Source of the DNA: Nemertoderma westbladi
Taxonomy: Eukaryota > Animalia > Xenacoelomorpha
Reading direction: 5' to 3'
DNA: 64,000 nt
NCBI GenBank assembly: GCA_032718475.1
Contig: JAUCBJ010007680.1
Location: 1-64,000 of the forward strand
The position numbers and the translations under genes were made by a program. Of the stretch, positions 23,627 to 34,156 are shown piece by piece (position 1 is the stretch's first letter; every line of letters begins with the position of its first letter). The notes under the pieces are model-generated. The model searched no databases. It was not told where the DNA came from and worked only from the letters and a program-made list of their open reading frames with translations.

Positions 23627-26600
23627 TCACGTTATGGAGTCCCTAGATATTTGTCGGATTAGGGAAGTAGTCGTAGGAAGAGTATTTTGCCTTCCATAGT
23701 TTTCGGACAGTTTTCGGTCTCTTTCCAGTGAACATAAACGACTAGCTGGGCGATTGAGTTGTGGTGTTACTTTCTCCGCTCCCTTGGCCTGTCTAATTTC
23801 TGCCGTGGTAAGATGAGGAGGCCATTCTTCTTCTTCTTTTCTTAAGGAGTCGGATCCACCTAACCAGCCTGGAGTATCTATCAGTTCTTGAGGAGTTGCT
23901 CCTCTGGAAGCGATGTCGGCTGGATTAATCGTCCCAAGGCAATGTCTCCATTGATCTACATTGGAGTTAATATCGTCATTATCTGAGGAGTATGGTGTTC
24001 CCTCAGTTGGATCGTCCACATCACTGCTCTCCACTTCCCATTCCTTTACTTGGTATACCTGTTGTTGAGGTAATCTCTCTTTGAGAGTTCTACGGGAAGG
24101 GCCAGTGAAGTACCAACCTACTCTAGTTCTTACCGCATAGGTTTGTAGTGGCTGCGGTTGAGCAGGCCGTTTCTCCAATGTCTCGAGCGCCTCGTGCGCG
24201 TTTTGGCCGATGAGTATTTGCACTCCAGGATAATCTGTCTGGAATCGAGGTATCTTAAGATGTTGGATGCTCTCATCCTCGTCCCAATTATAAAGGTCTG
24301 CTTGGGTAGTAGCGAAGTTCTTTATAGCCACCATTTTTACTGACCTTATACTTTGTGCTCCTAATTTATCCTGGGGGGTGGACAACGCACCTACATAGTA
24401 ATCTGCCGTTATGGTAGATTTCCAAACCTGTATAATTCCTGACATATTCAATTTAGTCCGGAACTTGGGTTGTCCAGCAAAGATATCTTCGGCTAGTTCT
24501 TGATCGATGAATGTTCCTGTACTGCCGGAGTCAAGTAGGGCGTTCACTATGCAACTCTTGTTGAGTCCATGAACTCGAACTTGTACTACAGGGAATTCTC
24601 TTATTCCTATGTTGGAAGTTGGAACTTTCCAAGATGGTTGTTTGTCAAAAGGAGTTGGAGTAAACTCGTCAGTGTCCTTTTCATCCGTAAGTGCTCGATA
24701 CACTGTGGTATTTATTAGATAACAGGATTCGTTGGCATCGGAGAATTCGTCTGTATAGAATCCTTCCCACTCAGAACCTTGGTCAGTGTCGTTCACATCA
24801 CTGAATTGGACATGTAGTTCGGGCTCACTTACCTGACTCGGGTTGTCTCGTTCGAACTCACTGTGTAACAAGATGTGATGTTTCGCGCCACACTTTGCAC
24901 ACTTTACGTCGGAGTAACAGGTTCGCCGTTGGTGTCCTGATCTGAGGCAATTATAGCATAACCGCTTATTCCACAGGACTGTACGTCTGTCTACAGGGGA
25001 TTTCTTTAGAAATTCAGCACACGCACTCAAACGGTGGGGCCCGTCGCACAGCGCACATTTTGGTTTGATGTTACTCACCTTACCTTGGGTAACGTTATGC
25101 ACTCTCGTTCTTTCTTCGGGCTTTCTTCCGTGAATTCCCTTAGGAGACGTAGGAGGAGTTGTTGTTACCTGTTCTCTCCTGTCACTGATTCGAGACTTGT
25201 ATTTACTTACGTCTTTATAGGTCTTGTTGTCATAGTAAGATTTTGCTGTGTCTTTCCCGCTGTCCTCTTCTTGAGAAGCTTGGCTCTCGCCGTCGTCAGT
25301 GTAACACACTGGTATTATCCTTCTCTTAGAAACGGGTTTCTCACTTACCTTATTTTCCGATGTTTTCTCTCTGGACTGCCTTATGAGTTGTAATTTTACT
25401 TCACTATCTAAGAAGGACATGAGGTCAGCCATGGTAGGACTTCGTCGTTGTTGTTCATTCATGTACAACACTTTCTTGTCCCAGCGTGTACATACTCCAC
25501 CCTTTGGTAAAGTAGAGACTACGGCTCCAAGGACCATGGAACTCTGATATTCATGCGACTTACCTAACCAGTCCAGTTGTCTACAGATCTCTTGAATCTC
25601 ATCGGCAAACTCTATAATCTCGCTACTAAGGAAGTGTCGGGGGGCTACTAATTTTGCATACAAATACTTAGCTATGTTATCCTTGTTACCATACCTGATG
25701 TTTAATGTATCCCAAACTTGTCTTAATCCATCTGGATGTCCAATAAACTTTAACGCCATTAACTTGGGAGGTCCTTCCAAGCACTTGATGAGGAATCTAA
25801 GTTTCTCTCCGTTAGATAGTACAGAGTTCTGTATGCTATCTTTGTAATATTCGTTGAAAGGTAACCATTTCATCTCATCTCCATTGAATTTGACGATCTC
25901 TCCCACTTTGACCGCTTGGCGGGCTTCTGTTCTAGCCATCTGACGCGTAAAGCTTTCTTGGGCCATCGTGTTATTTAATATCGAATTATCGGTATACAAA
26001 TTTCTCGGATCATTATCAGGTCTATAGGGAATATCATTAATAACAGGTCTATAATCACCCTTAATAGGGTTTGCTATAGGAGTTTCAACTTCACTAGCAG
26101 TATAGATGCGTGTAGGCTCCACACCTTGCGCATGTAATACTTCAGACCTAACGGGTTGACACAATGTTACAGGGGGCATTGGTATGCCTTTTTGTATATT
26201 GACTAATTTGTCGCGTTCTAGCGCGATACTTTGCTGCACTTCTTGCAACTCTGCTCTACCTTCCCTCACTGTTCCCTTAAGTTGGTGGACAGTCTCCTGC
26301 ATCTGTCCTAGCAGGAGATTCATCCCCCGCCGTCCCTCTTCCACCCACTCAACCGCCGAAGCGGGAGTCGCCAACATAGTAGCGGGCTGACGCGGGACGA
26401 CGGGAGACAAATTATTGATTTCTCTCTCTGCTATCTGGACAGGGGTATTTGCATGGACTGTTCCACCGGGTACAGGCAGTGTAGTACTATGTAAAGGGAA
26501 TTTAGAGTTAAGCTCTGGAAGTGTAGGGGTCTCTAGCACAGAAGTGACTTTGGGAACAACAGGCCTAATTATTTCAGGTTCATCGACTATAGTAGGGAGT

Positions 26601-27715
26601 CTTTTGACCTGGATAAATTGTTCTATGGGTTCTGCACTACCTAAGTCTGTGCTAGTTAGCTGTCTTTTAACAGCTGGGGGCAAATCAGGCAATTTGCGAC
26701 GGTAATATGTTTTTCTACGCCTACTTAGATGAGATCTATTTCCTCCGCCTTCAGGATCGGTAGTATCGCCTTCCTCCGAGGATGTGTATCCCTGGCGCTT
26801 GGGAGTAGATTTTCTCATCATCTGCATTTGATTAGCAGTAAACTGTTTATTTATACTGTCTTGTGTCTCTTGCAGATTTTCCAACTCCAGTTGGGTAGTC
26901 TGCTCAAATGCTCTCCTTTCTGCTTCTGCCACTGCCTTTGCTGCTTTTCTTTCTGCTTCTGCATCTGCCGCCGCTGCCTTTCTTTCTGCTTCTGCATCTG
27001 CCATAGCCGCCGCCATAGCCGCCGCCTTTTGTTCCTCTATCCTTCTTTTCTTTATTTGTTCTTCTCGGACTCTAATGAGGCGGAGTTTTTCATCACATTC
27101 AGCTTGGTTTGCAGCTAACATTTCGGCATCGATTGCGTCCAACACAAGCTTGGTTCCTTCACTATTGGGGCGAAGTCCAGACAGTCGTCTCCTCAACTCT
27201 TCGTCTCCTAGGAATCGCTGATAGTCTGACAGATAGATGTCAATGGCGTCTCTAGTTCGCGGCTTCTCTGCTGTTAATTCGCTTTCCACTTCGCTTTCCA
27301 CTTGAGAAGAAGTGGCGTCGGTTGATTCTTCATAGGTTGGCCGTTCATCATAAACCGTATCCACCATCTTCGCTCCGCGTTCGGGCGTCCGCTCAGCAGT
27401 ATCCGAACTACTGGAGCTATCGGGCCGCTGAGAACTAGGTTCTAGGCTAGGATGTTGCTGCTGTTTGACAGCGGCTTCTTGATCCCGCTTGACTTGGGCC
27501 CGAGTACCGATGATAGACCTATGTTGTTCTACTAGCCTAGGGTCTGACACTACTACTGTAGGGATGGCCTTTTTTACAATAGTAGGTGACTTAGACTTGG
27601 ATCTAGGATGTTCTATACTTGGATCTGGGTCACTGATCTTTTTAAGGCACTGTCTAACAGTCATTCTAACACTTTCTAAGAGACTATCCGACAGTGATTG
27701 GGTTGTGTCTGACAT
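23627..27715 (-). CDS. BEL/Pao gag-protease fused in frame to an RNase H C-terminal remnant
   Basis: KFNGDEMKWLPF..LSNGEKLRFL..L..RYGN (DUF1759-like capsid), a triple Cys/His cluster CALC..H..C / LCYNCL..GH..C / CAKC..KHHILLH, and protease ALLDSGS. This runs directly into QWRHCLGTINPADIASRG..W..G..WP. Confidence 0.9.
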   Translation of the reverse strand: MSDTTQSLSDSLLESVRMTVRQCLKKISDPDPSIEHPRSKSKSPTIVKKAIPTVVVSDPRLVEQHRSIIGTRAQVKRDQEAAVKQQQHPSLEPSSQRPDSSSSSDTAERTPERGAKMVDTVYDERPTYEESTDATSSQVESEVESELTAEKPRTRDAIDIYLSDYQRFLGDEELRRRLSGLRPNSEGTKLVLDAIDAEMLAANQAECDEKLRLIRVREEQIKKRRIEEQKAAAMAAAMADAEAERKAAAADAEAERKAAKAVAEAERRAFEQTTQLELENLQETQDSINKQFTANQMQMMRKSTPKRQGYTSSEEGDTTDPEGGGNRSHLSRRRKTYYRRKLPDLPPAVKRQLTSTDLGSAEPIEQFIQVKRLPTIVDEPEIIRPVVPKVTSVLETPTLPELNSKFPLHSTTLPVPGGTVHANTPVQIAEREINNLSPVVPRQPATMLATPASAVEWVEEGRRGMNLLLGQMQETVHQLKGTVREGRAELQEVQQSIALERDKLVNIQKGIPMPPVTLCQPVRSEVLHAQGVEPTRIYTASEVETPIANPIKGDYRPVINDIPYRPDNDPRNLYTDNSILNNTMAQESFTRQMARTEARQAVKVGEIVKFNGDEMKWLPFNEYYKDSIQNSVLSNGEKLRFLIKCLEGPPKLMALKFIGHPDGLRQVWDTLNIRYGNKDNIAKYLYAKLVAPRHFLSSEIIEFADEIQEICRQLDWLGKSHEYQSSMVLGAVVSTLPKGGVCTRWDKKVLYMNEQQRRSPTMADLMSFLDSEVKLQLIRQSREKTSENKVSEKPVSKRRIIPVCYTDDGESQASQEEDSGKDTAKSYYDNKTYKDVSKYKSRISDRREQVTTTPPTSPKGIHGRKPEERTRVHNVTQGKVSNIKPKCALCDGPHRLSACAEFLKKSPVDRRTVLWNKRLCYNCLRSGHQRRTCYSDVKCAKCGAKHHILLHSEFERDNPSQVSEPELHVQFSDVNDTDQGSEWEGFYTDEFSDANESCYLINTTVYRALTDEKDTDEFTPTPFDKQPSWKVPTSNIGIREFPVVQVRVHGLNKSCIVNALLDSGSTGTFIDQELAEDIFAGQPKFRTKLNMSGIIQVWKSTITADYYVGALSTPQDKLGAQSIRSVKMVAIKNFATTQADLYNWDEDESIQHLKIPRFQTDYPGVQILIGQNAHEALETLEKRPAQPQPLQTYAVRTRVGWYFTGPSRRTLKERLPQQQVYQVKEWEVESSDVDDPTEGTPYSSDNDDINSNVDQWRHCLGTINPADIASRGATPQELIDTPGWLGGSDSLRKEEEEWPPHLTTAEIRQAKGAEKVTPQLNRPASRLCSLERDRKLSENYGRQNTLPTTTSLIRQISRDSIT

Positions 27716-29084
27716 GTTTGATTGTACAGTCGAATGCCTACTGCTATATTACAGTTAAAGCAAGTCTAGTAATTCAGTATCACTGTTAGCCTAATAATTA
27801 ATTACCGATACTGCTACTCAGTGTAGCGTGATATATATATAATATATTAGAATACCGGTATGCTTATAATATATATATAAGTATTATTACAGACTAGATT
27901 TGTCACAGAGTACCGGTATATAATTTTAGCACAAATATATATAAATATATAATAGGCCTATCGTGAATACCGGTATGCAGCTTACACTTATAGCATGTAA
28001 GTATAATTATGAACTAGAATTAATGACAGAGTACCGGTATGATTTCAGCTCAAATTTATAGAGATAAATATAATAAGCCTATGGTAAGTACCGGTATGTC
28101 AATTATTTTTAGAATAATTGAATTCCTGAATATTTTAGGGTTACTTAGTTACTTTAACTTACTTTATTACCGTAATTTAAGCAGTAGTCCAACTGATAGT
28201 GAGACCCAGTTGTCGTATGGCAGGCCTACTATTTATAAATCGTTTGATTTGATTTATAATATTTATATACCCGTTTAAATGGGTTTTTTGTCAATATTTG
28301 AAATAAATGTTATTATTTCTGGGGGGTCACTACACAGAAGCTGTGCGCTCTCAGTGAAGTGCTATTTATTTGCCACTAAAACTGATAATTCTAATTTACC
28401 TAAGTTACTTAATACTACAAATTACTTACGATACGGGTGAGATTAATTCTCTAATTAAAACACAACAAAAATATTACGTACGAATTTTTTAGGGTAATTT
28501 TACAGGAAGTCTACAACCAGCCTAACAAAGGGTTAGAATTCTGGTTATTACAACGGACAGGGTACTACGGTATTTGAAATAATAAGTAGTAGTAAATATA
28601 TTGTACTGTCCAGATAGGAAAATACCACCGCCTGACGACCTATAACCGTATCGCTATAGGTACTACGTTATGTATCACGGATTGTTCCTACCCAGAAGCT
28701 AATAGAGCTAACGAATGTGCCTATCAACCACTTTACAACACAAATATACTGCCTACACTAATTACTTCGGAAAGCACTGTACACTAAACCCTAAATTAGG
28801 TACAAGTACCGGTATAACAAATAATCAGTAGTTAAATATACTTGAACAGCTAAAAGAACCACGGCATCTGCTGGAGTGACCGAAGCACAAAATCTCCAGT
28901 CTTTACCTACGCCGAGCAGCCCTGATGTAGTACCGGGGTTAGTTTAACTATAACGGTATGTATAACAAGCACAATTACTGTAGGAATAAACTTGGGGACA
29001 TGAATGTTGCGAATAATCGCATAAACTCTGAATAATAAATATTACGCTACCCGTACAGAATACTCAAACAGAATACAAACCAAA

Positions 29085-29560
29085 CGCTGGCAAACTACTA
29101 TCAAGCCCAAACAAACTACAGTATGTGCAGATTCTGAAACTGTTAGTTAGTACTGTAGTATGCGTTCTAACACGGTAGTACGACTTACTCTTTAAGAGGG
29201 GATTGACCTTACAGCTTATGGCTGCCCCAACTTACTAACGGCACTTTATCAGACCAACTCTACACACGCAGCAATCCCTTCAGGCCTAAGAATAGTTAGA
29301 CAACAATCCAGCCTACAAAATATCTGAGTAATAACTATTACGGTATCTGAACAGACCACACAAACAAACACAGGCCAAAACACTGGCAGACTACGATCAA
29401 GCCTAAATAAACTACAGTATATGCAGACTCTGAAACTGTTAGTTAGTATGCGTGCTAACACGGTAGTACGACTTATTCTTTAAGAGGGGATTGACCTTAC
29501 CGCATATGGCTGCCCCAACTTACTAACGGCACTTTATCAGACAAACTCTACACACGCCGT
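29085..29560. repeat. ~300-bp-period direct duplication in the BEL 5' leader
   Basis: CTGGCA.ACTAC.ATCAAGCC..CACTTTATCAGAC.AACTCTACACACGC occurs at ~29085-29270 and ~29381-29557. A smaller duplication lies at ~29865-29995. Confidence 0.8.
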
Positions 29561-29992
29561 AATCTCTCCAAACTCAACACAGTCAGACAGCAGTTCAGCC
29601 TACAATTATTTGAACAATCTGAGCAGACTTACACGTCTTCAGCTCAATATTAACTTACTAGGAAATAAAACCGACAGAAATAAGTAGAATCTCAATAAAA
29701 ATTCAGGGCTGCAGTCCCTGATTAAGTACTAAGACCTACCGGTATACAATAATCAAATCGAATAATACTAAATGTACTTGTACAGCAGTACCGGTACCGG
29801 TGATGACAGTTAGGCCTACTGACCTACAAAAGTACCGGTTCAGTTTTACCAGTCACTACGGTATTTTGCAACCCTATTGCCTACTGCAATAAGAGTATAA
29901 ACTGTTACTGTTCGACAGAACAGTATTAAACTGTATTTAATGCCTACACTTGCAACCTTATTGCCTACTGCAATAAGATAGTAAACTGTTAC

Positions 29993-31238
29993 TGTTCGCG
30001 CTTTTGAAGACCTTTAGCAGTTTAACCTGCCAAAATTTATATGTCTTTTCGTTAATTAAAACACCTTTAGCATACGACAACAATTTATGCTAATACACAA
30101 AACATTAGCCGAAGTCAGCCCATGCGCGATCATTCACCCGATGGATCTACACCCGGGAGACTGAATTCGGATGCTTAAATTTTATTATTGCAGTGTAAGG
30201 TTGCAGTGTATACCTACTGTATTATTCGATAGATCGTTAATAATTAATCTCTGACAGATATTATTGGCTTTCGGGAAATATTAACAGTTCCTTTAGGACG
30301 TGGCGCTTTATCTATTTAAACAGAACTAAGACTTATACTAAAACGCAACGATACTGCTTATGATTGAAGTATAAAGCGTATTCTTTAGGAAATACTTTGT
30401 TACCAATCACAATCATACACACTATTCTGCCGACCGTCAGTATATTTGATCACACATAAAGAGAGCAGCGATTGACTCACGTAGGGTCTGCTAAATAACA
30501 TTGGATTCAATACACACCACATTAATATAAATCGCAATTGTTATGTATAGCCGGTCTCTCTAACCTGTAGTGTATCAAGAAAATTGGGAATTTGGGTGAT
30601 TTATCCGTATTATCCAAAGAGCAATATTTCCATCAACAAATAGGTACAATTAATAACTGACGGTAAATAACAGTACAAACAAGATGATTAATGCAGTTAA
30701 ATTAAGTGAGATAGTGAGTTCGTTCGATTAGTGAGATTAGTTAGTTAGGTAACAGTTTATACTTTCGATAATTTAAGCAGTTTTACTAGAGTTCTTAGAG
30801 CCGGTGTTTCTGGCTTAGACAGCAATAACAACAAAGTATCAAGTGAAAGCAGTAAGACTGAACACTCTCCTTATGATCGACCGAAAAGCTACACGTCGAC
30901 AGGAAAAATCGCTCTGATTGGCTCAAGCCAAACAAAGAACCATGCATCCAATGGCTGTTTCCATGTCAGCAACCAGCTGTTAGATGTCGTAATATGAATC
31001 ATCACGGCTAAGCTGTGAAAGGTAGTTGGTGCATTACAGGTTTTTTGCCTTACCATGTCCGCCAAAACACGTATATAGCAGAATGACTTTTATGTCCGCT
31101 AAAACACCTGTAACGGTACCTTGCGGGCGAGGGGAATATATATACAGTTAGAGAACCTTTTTAGAGTATTCCAGCGCCTGGGGGGAAACTGGATTGCGAA
31201 GCAAAAGGGGCCAGTTAGATCCCACAGAAGCTTTTACA
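29993..31238 (-). repeat. 5' LTR
   Basis: Direct repeat of 19242..20488, upstream of gag on the minus strand. Confidence 0.9.
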
Positions 31239-32591
31239 ACTATTCTTGACTTCGTGAGGTAATTGGAAGCATTATTACTTTAGGGTTGCCAGAAGTTGAT
31301 CATCAATAATTTAACTATTTTATTTCTTCAAGGGTTGTGATAGAGTCGAGAACTGAGTGCCAGATTAGACTTGGAATATCTAATTTTATTTATTTTTATA
31401 ATTTTATTTATATTTTTTTTATCAAACAAACGCCGCTAATGTTAAATTTAACATTAAATTTCACTAGGTGCTACTGTACGTGTTGCGTGTTAATTGTAGC
31501 GACAGTATACAGAAACAGATAGCTTCGCTTGTGCCTACTCGTACCGGTACAAATTATATATAACGTTAAAATGCTGCTTTGACATACCGGTACTGACGTC
31601 TGACGCTTATGATTTTAGCTACGACGTGTGAGGTAGGTCAACTGTTGTATCGGACCGGTAACCGGTACAGTATGCAGATAATCAGTAAAATGAAAGTAAT
31701 TAGTGGTTGGCCTGTAGCGGAAGTATCGGCAACGGACCATGCCTACACTACATGTTGGATTGTTGGGTCCTGTGGACGCTACTACTATTTTGGTATCCCA
31801 CCCGCCCGCCGTTTTACTATGGTAATTACATTTTGTACATCCTTTTCTACCTCTACCTTCGTAGTTACATAATATTTACATTTCGAATAAAAATAATATA
31901 TGAATTAATGAGACGGTTACACACAACGCGATTGGGTACAATTTAAAGATATCGTGCTACTGTAGATATGTATAATTATTACTATCATAAAAGTTGTCAT
32001 GAACACTTATGCAGTGAAAAATATAATAATTGTTAATATATAATAATTAAATTAAATATTAAATTAAATAATTAAATATAATAATTGTTAGGTATAAAGC
32101 GTAAATCTACTGTGCGCTGATTCGAATGGTTTGTTACACGAACGGACGTAGTGAGTGGAGATACGAGGTTCATAACACTCTAAAATACTTAGCGTAAACA
32201 AACCGCACGAAAAATTTGTGTAATTAAAAATTATGTGTAAAATGTTGGTGGAATCTCTCAAATTAGTAGTGATGGTGTTGGCTAATATTTTATGTGTTTG
32301 ATTAGGTTGCTGTGACAACTGTAAATAATTTAATGTTTTAGTCATAACCTACTATAGTAGGTCATGTTTCAAAGTAACTCGTCTGGGGCTGTAAAGTCTA
32401 AATTATGTACTTGGCTAACTACATCATCCGTAATGTTTGATATATTGCTAGAGATATACTGTGATATATAACAACTCGCCGCATAGAAACGGCACTAAGT
32501 ATATATAATGTTGCAATTAAAATTATTATTATAAAATAATCAAATATTATCAAATAATTATGTAACAATTATACCAAAAAATTTACAAGTC

Positions 32592-34010
32592 TTACGAGTG
32601 CTGTTGACTCCAATTATCAAAAGCCTTTTTGGCATCATAGCCTTTGTTATAGTCTTTAACCAAATACACTCTCATATAAGTGTCACGATCTTTAGTAGGA
32701 AACATGTTAGACCACGATTTTTCAAGGAAATTGAGAAATTTCATTGGTTGTAGTAGGTTTGCATTTGTCTTGTTGTACATAAGCAGTCTTTCTAAGGGTG
32801 AATCTATGCCGTAGTCCACTTTGTACATATCAACGAGGAAGAAACTTTCATCTAGTCCTGTGACGTCACACAAATATTGCTTAACATTATTCTTTGTATC
32901 CGATATTTTTTTGACATCTTCGAGGTTTAGCAGATGTTTTCCGACGAAATAATATAATTTTCTACTTCGAATGTCTTTTATTAGATTTTTTGAATTTACC
33001 AAAAGAGAATCCTGACTTAGTTCAATTTGCCGCAAAATCGAATCTGTTATATGAGTAAAGATGGTCATATTTTTATTGGCCATAGTCTGTGCAATAGTCA
33101 TCATTGGTTGACCTCCTTCTGAGGGTAACTTTATATACGGATTAGCGGACATTAATATATCGGCGATCATATACTCAATGCTCTTTATAACAGGATGTTG
33201 ACAGGGACAGCATCGTCGATGCAGCCTAACAATCATTTTGTAGAACTCATTCACGTTGTCCCATTCTTTATCACGATAAGCTAAGACCTGCTGTTTTGCG
33301 CTGTTTCTTATTACTAGAGTAAACTTTATCAAACGATTATGCTCGAAACTGTTCTGTATCCCTAAATGAAAGCAGTCGCGAGCTAAGTAATCGCAACGAA
33401 CCATATCTATTCCAGTGGCTTTATTGGAGATTATCTGGTACAGGAAGTACTTTTCATTCATTCGGTCTGAACCAGGACTGGGGACACCCAGAATACAGTC
33501 TTTAACAAAGATTAGATCCTTTTCTCCTATCCCATACTTTACTAATTCAGTGGATAAGTTATTGGATTCTATGAGATGGTCGAACATTAGCAAAGAGAAG
33601 TCTTCGTGTCTCCATGTTGCAAACTCTTTCGGTAGAAAGTTCGCTTTGGCAAGTTTTGATACGACCACCTCGAAGATGTGACTGAAGGGGCCGTGACCTA
33701 GGTCGTGACAAAGGCCGGCTAATTGGACGCAGAGTATGTCAGTGTCGGAGATGGAAAGTCCAGGCTGTGCCTGACGTAACTGTAGGAGTGCGATATTAGC
33801 GAGATGCGCGACTCCGAGAGAATGTTCGAATCGGTTGTGTGAGGCTGTTGGGAAGACATAGTAGCTAGCACCGAGCTGCTTGATGTCCCGAAGTCGTTGG
33901 AACTGTGGCGTGTCGATGAAGCGGATCAGGAGTGGATGGAGCTCGATGAGTCCGTGTACGTTGTCCTGAAAGACTTTGGGAGAAAGGTTAATATCTCCTT
34001 GAGATTCCAT
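32592..34010 (-). CDS. SAMHD1: SAMHD1-like HD-domain dNTP triphosphohydrolase homolog lacking the SAM domain, intronless
   Basis: KVFQDNVHGLIE, IDTPQFQRLRDIKQLG, HNRFEHSLG, LCHDLGHGPFSH, HE, DYLARD, QHPVIKSIEYM, TDSIL and RKLY are present. Several active-site positions deviate. Confidence 0.88.
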   Translation of the reverse strand: MESQGDINLSPKVFQDNVHGLIELHPLLIRFIDTPQFQRLRDIKQLGASYYVFPTASHNRFEHSLGVAHLANIALLQLRQAQPGLSISDTDILCVQLAGLCHDLGHGPFSHIFEVVVSKLAKANFLPKEFATWRHEDFSLLMFDHLIESNNLSTELVKYGIGEKDLIFVKDCILGVPSPGSDRMNEKYFLYQIISNKATGIDMVRCDYLARDCFHLGIQNSFEHNRLIKFTLVIRNSAKQQVLAYRDKEWDNVNEFYKMIVRLHRRCCPCQHPVIKSIEYMIADILMSANPYIKLPSEGGQPMMTIAQTMANKNMTIFTHITDSILRQIELSQDSLLVNSKNLIKDIRSRKLYYFVGKHLLNLEDVKKISDTKNNVKQYLCDVTGLDESFFLVDMYKVDYGIDSPLERLLMYNKTNANLLQPMKFLNFLEKSWSNMFPTKDRDTYMRVYLVKDYNKGYDAKKAFDNWSQQHS

Positions 34011-34156
34011 ATTTTCTTTGAAATTAATATATTATTTTATATTTTGAATAAAATTAATCAATAATTTGGAGCAAATTGTTTCAGAATTACTCAGTTTTAT
34101 TACAAATGTGCGTTGGGGAAGCTAAGTGGGAGATTAGGGATACATTTAAGGTTGGA

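Larger units (their letters stand above)
19242..31238 (-). mobile_element. BEL/Pao LTR retrotransposon, non-autonomous (no RT or integrase)
   Basis: Two ~1.25-kb near-identical direct repeats with TGT...ACA ends, a BEL-type gag-protease ORF, and a purine-rich GGGAGCGG just before the 3' LTR on the minus strand. No TSD or canonical PBS is evident. Confidence 0.9.

Noticed and set aside
24158-27758. Plus-strand ORFs opposite gag
   Set aside because: Antisense shadows of the long coding frame, with no recognisable motifs.
31337-32345. Small ORFs between the LTR and the SAMHD1-like gene
   Set aside because: Short, mostly non-ATG starts, overlapping in different frames, and no recognisable domains.
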